From: Eledone cirrhosa
Lineage: Eukaryota
DNA length: 64,000 nucleotides
Assembly (NCBI GenBank): GCA_964016885.1
Contig: OZ024760.1
Coordinates: forward strand, 21,824,001-21,888,000
Reading direction: 5' to 3'
The notes beneath the pieces were generated by a model. That model was not told the DNA's origin. It saw only the letters and a program-made list of their open reading frames with translations, and searched no databases. Positions 54,143-64,000 of this stretch are shown here, one piece after another (within the stretch, counting starts at the first letter, position 1; each line of letters opens with the position of its first letter). Both the position numbers and the translations under genes were made by a program.

Positions 54143-55576
54143 CCCTTTAGCATTTACATTACTCTATATATACTATTGTATTTTCACAGTAAAGGTTTTA
54201 CCTCACATAATATCACATAGCATTTACATTACTCTATATATACTATTGTATTTTCACAGTAAAGGCTTTACCTCACATAATATCTCACATAACATTTACA
54301 TTACTCTATATATACTATTGTATTTTCACAGTAAAGGCTTTACCTCACATAATATCTCACATAACATTTACATTACTCTATATATACTATTGTATTTTCA
54401 CAGTAAAGGTTTTACCTCACATAATATCACATAGCATTTACATTACTCTATATATACTATTGCATTTTCACAGTAAAGGCTTTACCTCACATAATATCTC
54501 ACATAACATTTACATTACTCTATATATACTATTGTATTTTCACAGTAAAGGCTTTACCTCACATAATATCTCACATAACATTTACATTACTCTATATATA
54601 CTATTGTATTTTCACAGTAAAGGCTTTACCTCACATAATATCTCACATAACATTTACATTACTCTATATATACTATTGTATTTTCACAGTAAAGGCTTTA
54701 CCTCACATAATATCTCACATAACATTTACATTACTCTATATATACTATTGTATTTTCACAGTAAAGGCTTTACCTCACATAATATCTCACAACATTTACA
54801 TTACTCTATATATACTATTGTATTTTCACAGTAAAGGCTTTACCTCACATAATATCTCACAACATTTACATTACTCTATATATACTATTGTATTTTCACA
54901 GTAAAGGCTTTACCTCACATAATATCTCACATAACATTTACATTACTCTATATATACTATTGTATTTTCATGGTAAAGGCTTTACCTCACATAATATCTC
55001 ACATAACATTTGCATTACTCTATATATACTATTGTATTTTCATGGTAAAGGCTTTACCTCACATAATATCTCACATAACATTTACATTACTCTATATATA
55101 CTATTGTATTTTCATGGTAAAGGCTTTACCTCACATAATATCTCACATAACATTTACATTACTCTATATATACTATTGTATTTTCACAGTAAAGGCTTTA
55201 CCTCACATAATATCTCACATAACATTTACATTACTCTATATATACTATTGTATTTTCACAGTAAAGGCTTTACCTCACAATATCTCACATAACATTTACA
55301 TTACTCTATATATACTATTGTATTTTCATGGTAAAGGCTTTACCTCACATAATATCTCACATAACATTTACATTACACTATATATATTATTATATTTTCA
55401 TGGTAAATGCTTTACCTCACATAATTATCTCACATAATATCGAATCTATGAGATTTTGAAAGTATTTATTTTGAGAACAATACCTTAACATCAGTATGAG
55501 TGACCAGTTACAACCAGTTTCAACAGAAACAGGTAAAGAATTCGGGCCGGTTTTGGCCGGTTTGAACATTAAAGGG
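54143..55576 (+). mobile_element. piggyBac-type MITE with TTAA TSD and internal 72-bp tandem array
   Basis: TTAA|CCCTTTAG...TAAAGGG|TTAA (TSDs 54139-54142, 55577-55580). Confidence 0.85.
54150..55435. repeat. 72-bp tandem minisatellite (~18 copies)
   Basis: catttacattactctatatatactattgtattttcacagtaaaggctttacctcacataatatctcacataa unit. Confidence 0.95.
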
Positions 55577-55607
55577 TTAAGCAGTTCTCTTATAATTAAG
55601 GTCTTCT

Positions 55608-56170
55608 ACGGTTGTGGATTGGCTGTATCGGTAGAGCGTCGGATAATATGCTTCGTGGCATATAGTTATGGCGTCTTTACATTCTGAGTTCAAATCCTGC
55701 CAAGGTTAGTCTTGTATTTCTACCTTAAGGGGTCGATAAAATAAAGTACCAGTGATACACTTGGGTCAATTTAATCAACTTTCCCCTCCCACCAAATTTG
55801 CTGGCCTTGTGCCTGACGAGGTCAACTTTCCCTTTCATCCTTACGGGGTCGATAAAATATAGTACCAGTAATGTATTGGGTGATTGCTGGCCTTGTGCCA
55901 AAAGTAGAAACAATTATTATTATTATTATTATTATTATTCTAATCAGGACGGTGAATTGGCAGTAATCGGTAGAGCGTCAGACGCCATGCTTTGCAGCAT
56001 AGAGTTACGGCTGTTTACGATCTGAGTTCAAATCCCGCTGAGGTTAGCTTTGCCTTTCATCTTTACGAGGTCAATAAAATAAAGAACCAGTAATGCACTG
56101 GGGTCGATTGAATCAACTTTCTGCTCCCCCCAAATTGCTGGCCTTGTGCCCTATATAAGAAACCATTATT
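55608..56170 (+). mobile_element. Three SINE family B copies in tandem
   Basis: Repeated head/core/tail blocks. Confidence 0.85.
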
Positions 56171-56669
56171 AGTCTGTTTTTTTTTTTTTATTGTATTTTC
56201 AAAAATTTCCTTTCATTAAAAACATCCCTAACCCTGTCACCCCACTGTATCTCCCTACACCCCAACCACGTATTCATTCACCATCACTTCCACCCAACCC
56301 TCCTCACATATAAACTATTGTTAGAAGAACTCTTACAATTGGCGTATTCTCTGTTTTTAATTGTTATTTTTGCTTTTTCTGACTCCAGCTACCATATTGT
56401 TTTACTTTGGTGTAGCAGTTTGTCAGCCACAGAATTGGGACAGATTCCACAGAGGAGTCACTGCATGAAATGTGCCATTCCTATTACTCACACAACTCCA
56501 TAACATCTCCTTACTTGGTGCAAATGATTGGCAGAGTCATTTAAATACTGGATGTTTATTGGATATATATACATCCATATGTATACATGTATATGTATAC
56601 ATGTTTGTTGGATATATATACATCCATATGTATACATTTACTTCTCTCTCTCTAGTTTTGCAAGAGATG

Positions 56670-56890
56670 TCAACATGAATGGACCTGTTATTTTTATCTA
56701 AAGACATTTTTTTCCAATTCCATCCCGCCCGTCCCTTTAATCTATTTTATTTCTCATTCTTTTTTTTTCTGCTGAATCATTAGCGTCCGAAATATTAAGA
56801 CCCTCTTCCTGTTATATCAAGCGTTAACCTAATATATACCTTCCATACTGTACCGATTGTGTTGTTATTTCTGTTTACCTTTTACATATA
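56670..56890 (+). mobile_element. Family P3 element with degenerate hammerhead (CTGCTGA)
   Basis: Reverse complement of 63076-63300. Confidence 0.75.
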
Positions 56891-56891
56891 T

Positions 56892-56934
<43 letters not shown>

Positions 56935-57105
56935 TAAACAAATAATGAACAAACAATTCCTTATATTAAACAAAAAAAGTTCACTATTTAACGATCGTTT
57001 CTACATATATATATATATATGAAAAAATGGGGAGAAGAATACTGCAGGTTGCACATGGATAACGTGTTATGAAATGAGTCCCTCATCAGTGATTTGCCAA
57101 CGATC

Positions 57106-57143
<38 letters not shown>

Positions 57144-57235
57144 CTCCAATGAGATATACCTTGGAGGAGGCCAGCTAAACCTGCATAGGTGTGAGCCTGT
57201 CACACACACACACACACACATACATATATATATAT

Positions 57236-57676
<441 letters not shown>

Positions 57677-57677
57677 G

Positions 57678-57995
57678 AGGCACATGGCTTAGTGGTTAGA
57701 GCATTGGCCTTGCAATCGAAAGGTTGTGAGTTCAATTCTCAGACCGGGTGATGTGTTGTTTCCTTGAGCAAGACACTTTATTTCACATTGCTCCAGAAAT
57801 GAGATGATAAGGACTGGGGTCCCTATTATTCCACTGCAAAGTGGTCGTGGAGGTGCCACGGCAAAAAAGCACCCAGCCCTCACTGTAAATGAGGTTGGTG
57901 TTAGGAAGGGCATCCAGCTGTAGAAATCAAGCCAGAATCAATTCCCGTCCCACCCTTGCAAGCAGGGAAAAACCGGACGTAAAATGATGATGATG
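57678..57995 (+). mobile_element. SINE family A, full length
   Basis: Family A head to (GAT)n tail. Confidence 0.9.
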
Positions 57996-58216
57996 ATATA
58001 TATATATATATATATTTTTAAATCAGGATGGATTCAGTTTGAAACTAGTTAGATCATTACTCAACAGAGTACTCAATACTTGGGGTAGTAGAGTATGGTT
58101 ATATTACAAAGAATTGGGACCATGGCTTAAATTTAATATTTTAATACTCAGTGGATTATTGGTTTATTGATTTATTGATGTATCTTCTATTATCCTTTCA
58201 TTGAGATGGCAATGTA

Positions 58217-58439
58217 TTAACACTTTAGCATTTAAACCAGCCGTATCTTGTCAGAATTCCCTCACCTTTTACTGTTCAGACTGGTTGTAACTGGCCACTC
58301 ATACTGATGTTAAGGTATTGTTCTCAAAATAAATAATATCAAAATGTCATAGATTAGATGTTATGTGAGATAATTATGTGAGGTAAAGCCTTTATCACAA
58401 ACATACAATAATATATATGGAGTGATGTTAAAGGGATAA
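58217..58439 (-). mobile_element. piggyBac-type MITE, unexpanded copy
   Basis: ttaacactttagc...gttaaagggataa; internal match to 55440-55576. Confidence 0.8.
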
Positions 58440-58497
58440 GAGACAATTACTATATAATGTTGTAAATTAAGGGTATATATATAATTATATGTATATA

Positions 58498-58666
58498 TCT
58501 ATCTATCTATCTATCTATCTAAGGCGGGTAAAATTCCCGAGATCCATAGACGAGTTCTCTCCAGCGGCCTCTGTCCCTCATTATCGCTGCCATATCCTGT
58601 ATCTCCAACAGACCAGTGTCTGTCCTTAGGGCATCAACATACGTTAACCTTGGTCTTCCTCTTCCA
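58498..58666 (-). mobile_element. RTE-type LINE 3' end with (GATA)n tail
   Basis: GRGRPRLTYVDALRTDTGL..MAAIMRDRGRWREL; second copy at ~10990-11080. Confidence 0.75.
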
Positions 58667-58939
58667 TATATATATATATGAATGTATGTAAAGTATATTT
58701 GGCAATATACCGTATGTTTAATTAAAAAACATTTTGAAGACCATAGCGGTATCAGTTTTAAAGTAGTGACTATGTTACTTACTTCTTTTCAGCGAAAGAA
58801 GGGAAAGAGGTTAACAGTCTGTTTCAAGCGGTTTGGTGATCATCAGAGACACGAATCCTCTGCTTCCGCCGAAAATTATACATACATCCATGTATACATC
58901 GCTATTTCAGAGCACCAATCCTAATATATATATATATAT

Positions 58940-59130
58940 TATCATCATCATCATCATTTTACGTCCACTTTTCCCTGCTTGCAAGGGTGGACGGGTCCTA
59001 TTCACCACAGCATCTCTCCACTTGTCACGGTCCTTCGTCATCTCCTCTGTGAGTTTCAGCGATCTGAGATCTGCTCTCACCACCTCCGCCCATGTTTTTC
59101 GTGGTCTACTTCTACTGCGTCTTCCCTCCA
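58940..59130 (-). mobile_element. RTE LINE extreme 3' end whose tail matches the SINE A tail
   Basis: EGRRSRSRPRKTWAEVVRADL...DRDKWRDAV then ccgtccacccttgcaagcagggaaaagtggacgtaaaat(gat)n. Confidence 0.85.
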
Positions 59131-59263
59131 TATCGTCTTCCTGTCTTCCTTCGGTTGCAATGTTTTTCGAAATATTTACTTCTGCGTTCACAGACAGATT
59201 GATTTTTTTAATCTCAGACGATCCCGTTAAGGGTCAAAGCAGCGATTAAAATCTGTTATTTTA

Positions 59264-59303
<40 letters not shown>

Positions 59304-59544
59304 AAAATGTATTATTTAAAGGTAATATAATACTAGGTCACTCCCCCTCTCTACACACCAGTCTTTTCCCCTTCTCTCACTTTCCTCTCAGTTCTCATAT
59401 CATAGGAACCAATCAATAAACTAAAATAATGGAGTGTATGTTTGTGTGTTTGTGTGCACATGAGCATATGTGTATGTATGTTTGTATGTTTGTATATATA
59501 CTTTATATAGACTTGATAATATATATATATATATATATATATAT

Positions 59545-59780
59545 GTGGTAAGGGTGTTGGACTTACGATCATAATGTCGTGGGTTCAATTCCTAGGTTGT
59601 GCGTTGTGTTCTTGAGCAAAACACTTCATTTCACGTTGCTCCAATATACTCAGCAGAAAATGAGTACCAGCAATAGCAGGAGGTTTAGCCCTGCGATGGA
59701 CTGGTGTCCAATCCAGGGGAGAGACTTGTACTCTCAGTCGCTCCATGCCAAATGAGTTTTCTGGCTTACAACAGACTCTG
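59545..59780 (+). mobile_element. SINE family C
   Basis: ggttcaattcc B-box, gttcttgagcaaaacactt, ccctgcgatggactgg. Confidence 0.8.
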
Positions 59781-60577
59781 TGTGTGTGGGGGGGGGGGGG
59801 GGAGCAACCCTATTTGATTGCTCTGCCCGAAGCTTGCCCATAGTGCAAAGACTAAAGAAATAATTGCTAAACATGTATATGTGTATGTGTGTGTATATAT
59901 CTGTATATGTTTATATATGTGTGTGTATGGGTGTTGGTGTAGGCATGGTAGTGGTGGAGTGGTATGTAGTGGTGGTGTAGTAGGTGGTGGTGGTATAGTA
60001 GGTGTGGTAGATGGTGGTGGTGGTGGTGGGGTATGTGGTGGTGTGTTGGTGTGGTGGCTGTTGTCATTTAGTAGATGGAGATGGTGTGGTAGGTGTTAGT
60101 GGTGTGGTAGTAGGTGGTGGTGTAGTAGGTGTTGGTAGTTGGTGGTGGTGGTGGTATGGTTTGTGGTGACGGTGGTGGTGGTGTGTAGTAGGTGGTGGTG
60201 GTGTGTAGTAGGTGGTGGTGGTGTGTAGTAGGTGGTGGTGGTTGGTGGTGACGGTGGTGGTGGTGTGTAGTAGGTGGTGGTGGTAGTGGTGAATGTGGTG
60301 GTGTGTTGGTGTGGTTGGTGGTGACGGTGGTGGTGGTGTGGTTGGTGGTGGTGGTGTGTCTAGACTAAAAAAACTGTCCTTTTTACCTAGATTAACCTTG
60401 GTTTTAAAAATAAAACATTTCCACTTATAAAACCATTTTCCTCTTGGACAAAATTATTGACTAAAATTCTTACAGTTTTCAGCAGATGTTATATGGCTAT
60501 TAAATATATATATATATACACTCACACATATATATATATATACACATATACATATACATATACACATACATATATAG

Positions 60578-60608
<31 letters not shown>

Positions 60609-60703
60609 CATGCATATATACACACACACACATATATATATATATATACACACACATATATGTATAGATATATATGCATATATATATATCTATAATGTAT
60701 GTG

Positions 60704-60742
<39 letters not shown>

Positions 60743-60764
60743 GTCTGTGTTATATATATATATG

Positions 60765-60802
<38 letters not shown>

Positions 60803-60864
60803 TATATAATGTCTGTGTTATATATATATATATATGTATGTATATATATATGCAATACAGACGA

Positions 60865-61145
60865 GAGGTGGGGAGGGAGAGAGAAAGAGAGGTGGGGAGG
60901 GAGAAAGAAAGAGAGGTGGGGAGGGAGAGAGAAAGAGGTGGGAGGGAGAGAGAAAGAGGTGGGAGGGAGAGAGAAAGAGGTGGGAGGGAGAGAAAAAGAG
61001 AGGTGGAGAGGGAGAGAGAAAGAGAGGTGGGGAGGGAGAGAGAAAGAGAGGTGGGAGGGAGAGAGAAAGAGAGGTGGGAGGGAGAGAGAAAGAGAGGTGG
61101 GAGGGAGAGAGAAAGAGAGGTGGGAGGGAGAGAGAAAGAGAGGTG
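60865..61145. repeat. ~21-bp GA-rich tandem repeat
   Basis: gaggtgggagggagagagaaa units. Confidence 0.9.
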
Positions 61146-61412
61146 GTGTCAGTAGATGTTAAAATTCACTAGGAAGAAAAAAATGATACACACACATATT
61201 CATATATATACACACACACACACATGCATATACATATATATATATACATATTCACACACATACACATATATACACACACATATATGCACATAAACATATT
61301 TACACATATATCCACACATATTCACTCATATATATACCCACATATATATATTTCTACATAAACCCATATACACACACACACATATATATATATACACACA
61401 CACATACACACC

Positions 61413-61446
<34 letters not shown>

Positions 61447-61786
61447 CATATACACATTCATGCACATATACACAGTCACATATGTATACTTCCCTGGCAT
61501 TTGTGTATTATTCTATGTACTATATTGACGAGTTGTAGTGCACCTGAGCACTTTACACAATAATTTCATTATTATTATTATTTTATTATTATAAACAGAT
61601 TCATACACATATTCACACACATATTTACACATATACACACACATATCCACACACATATATATATATATACCCAAACATATGCAAGCAATTGTTGTCTGCT
61701 GAGACATGGAGAAGGTTAAAGTGGATATTTTTATAAAGTTTAACATTAAACACATCTCTGTATATAATTCCATATATATGTGTATA

Positions 61787-61859
<73 letters not shown>

Positions 61860-62057
61860 ACCATGTATGAATATATATATATATATCATGTATGAATATA
61901 TATCAGATATATATGCGTGTATACCATGTATGAATATATATATATATATATATGTAGATAAATCTACCAAGAGTATACGGTAGTGTCCAATCCGTATGAA
62001 GAACTCAATGTAATCCGGATAAGGAACTGTTTCATTGTTTTATTCATTATTTTTTTA

Positions 62058-62090
<33 letters not shown>

Positions 62091-62319
62091 GAATAAAGTT
62101 AGTCCTTCATCAGTGATCTTCCCACCATCATTGGTATTTCATCGCTTTAAAGTATATATATATATATATCGTGTATGAATATATATCTAGATATATATAT
62201 ATATGATTTCAGTTCCTCAGAAGAATAACAACACACCCAGGAGCTGGACATATCGATGTATTGACGGAGTAAAACACACTTCAACAACATGTGTACCTGT
62301 CTTTTCCACACCAATTCGG

Positions 62320-62374
62320 ACTGCCTGAAGAGGTCACAGCCAATGATGGCTGTCACCGAAATATATATAGCAGT
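62320..62374 (+). ncRNA. Type I hammerhead ribozyme (best-formed in window)
   Basis: actgc-CTGAAGA-ggtcacagcca atga tggctgtcacc-GAAAT-atat-ATA-gcagt; 5-bp stem I, 11-position stem II with one mismatch. Confidence 0.85.
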
Positions 62375-62514
62375 AATTTTTAATTTATAATAAACGAAGC
62401 CAAATTTTACATATTTGACTTAATTATTTTACATTACTCCGGAGCAAACAAAGCAACCTGCGTACTTCGTCGAGTGCTCCAATCTGCATATTGAGAAGTT
62501 GGTAAACAACCAAC

Positions 62515-62755
62515 ATTGAGCAAGACACTTTATTTCACATTGCTCCAGTTTACTCAGCTGTAGAAATGAGACGATAAGGACTGCAAAGTGGTCGTGGAGG
62601 TGCCACGGCAAAAAAGCACCCAGCACTCACCGTAAATGAGGTTGGTGTTAGGAAGGGCATCCAGCTGTAGAAATCAAGCCAGAATCAGTTCCCGTCCCAC
62701 CCTTGCAAGCAGGGAAAAAGCGGATGTGAAATGAAATGATGATGATGATGATGAT
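62515..62755 (+). mobile_element. SINE family A, 5'-truncated
   Basis: Core and tail. Confidence 0.85.
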
Positions 62756-63075
62756 ATATATATATGTGTGTGTGTGTATAGAGAAAGCTGTTATATACAT
62801 ATGTTATTGAAGTGCATGGAAGCCATATTAGAAAATACAATATTCTAATAAATACATTAGCAATGAAGTTGTACGTGCAAAAGAATATCATAAAGAGATT
62901 TGTCTTTGATTTTCCACTATAGTTAAGTCTGTTTACTTCTTGATGTAAACACAGATCTAATAGACATGAAAACTCTTAAGGTAGAACAGTGCACGAGTGT
63001 ATATACGAAAGACTACAGTTTTAAGAAATACACTCGTGTGAATGTCCATGTATAAATGCATATATATATATATAT

Positions 63076-63300
63076 ATGTAAAAGGTAAATAGAAATAACA
63101 ACACAATCGATACAGTATATGGAAGGTATGTATTAGGTTAACGCTTGATATAGCAGGAAGAGGGTCTTAACGTTTCGGATGCTAGTCCTTCATCAGAAGA
63201 AAGAATGAGAAATAAAATAGATTGAGGGGACAGGCGGGATGGAGTTGGAAAAATTGTCTTTCGATAAAAATAACAGGTCCATTCATGTTGACATCTCTTG
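63076..63300 (-). mobile_element. Family P3 element
   Basis: Homologous to 31470-31685. Confidence 0.8.
63165..63200 (-). ncRNA. Minimal type I hammerhead ribozyme (P3)
   Basis: tctt-CTGATGA-agga ctagca tcc-GAAAC-GTT-aaga. Confidence 0.75.
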
Positions 63301-63461
63301 TAAAACTATTGGCGCTGGCGTTTTGTGCATATATATATAAAGCACCCAGCACTCACTGTAAATGAGGTTGGTGTTAGGAAGGGCATCCAGCTGTAGAAAT
63401 CAAGCCAGAATCAGTTCCCGTCCCACCCTTGCAAGCAGGGAAAACTGACGTAAAATGAAAA

Positions 63462-63493
<32 letters not shown>

Positions 63494-63551
63494 AATATAT
63501 ATATATATATATGAAAAAGAACACAAGAGCGTCTACAACATCAAAAGATTT

Positions 63552-63605
63552 TTATTGGCTAACAATGTTTCTTCCTTACGTGTAACCGTAGGATTCATCA
63601 GAATA
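63552..63605 (-). ncRNA. Hammerhead motif with one core substitution
   Basis: tatt-CTGATGA-atcctacg gttaca cgtaaggaa-GAAAC-attgtta-GCC-aata (GCC probably from GTC). Confidence 0.6.
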
Positions 63606-63630
63606 TAATACCTAACTCCTACTAACCTAA

Positions 63631-63686
<56 letters not shown>

Positions 63687-64000
63687 AATGGCTTCTACAG
63701 GACTAGAACTGTTTCATTCGGAGGAAATTATCAGGAAAGCCCAGAGGCAAATTAAAAAACCGAGTTAAAAACTCACATTAATCCGCTATAATTTAATTAG
63801 CCTAAGGAATAGATTCCAAGCTCTTTATAAATCAACATATAGAGAGACGGATAGATACCTGTTGAATCATGGGGGATTAAAAACCACCAGAGGGACAAAC
63901 ATATTATCTACTATGGGTAGAAACATCTGTCCAGTGAAACACATATCCTCCAATGTGGTTTGCTAATTTGTTGTGAAACTAACTCTATACCAAACTCATC

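Noticed and set aside
54090-55437. ORFs with a 24-aa repeat (HSKGFTSHNISHNIYITLYILLYF) suggesting a zinc-finger or repeat protein
   Set aside because: 72-bp MITE-internal satellite with frameshifting 70-bp units; lacks Cys pairs
63700-63740. Hammerhead-like CTGATAA...GAAAC..GTC on the minus strand
   Set aside because: Core G8 is altered and stem I does not pair; at best a decayed copy

Overview
Repeat-saturated, AT-rich animal DNA, most likely an octopus or other coleoid cephalopod (inferred from the SINE families and extreme microsatellite load). No intact host protein-coding exon was found, and almost every long ORF in the track is a microsatellite artefact. The window holds three tRNA-derived SINE families and decayed RTE, Rex3/Expander-like, R4/Dong-like, Tx1-like and CRE-like retrotransposon fragments. 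It also has a GTF2IRD2/Charlie-type hAT fossil, piggyBac- and Tc1-type MITEs, and several minisatellites born inside transposons. Two signals stand out. First, about 10 foldable type I hammerhead ribozyme motifs from several unrelated short non-coding elements, most with a palindromic stem III. Many sit in fold-back insertions between (TA)n tracts, resembling Penelope-like/retrozyme remnants, and one family has a variant CAGAAGA core. Second, a minus-strand branchpoint-polypyrimidine-CAG|GTAAGT junction at ~27579 that looks like a recursive splice site with a 49-nt stop-containing RS-exon, implying the window lies in a giant intron. All calls were made by eye; no search or folding software was run.
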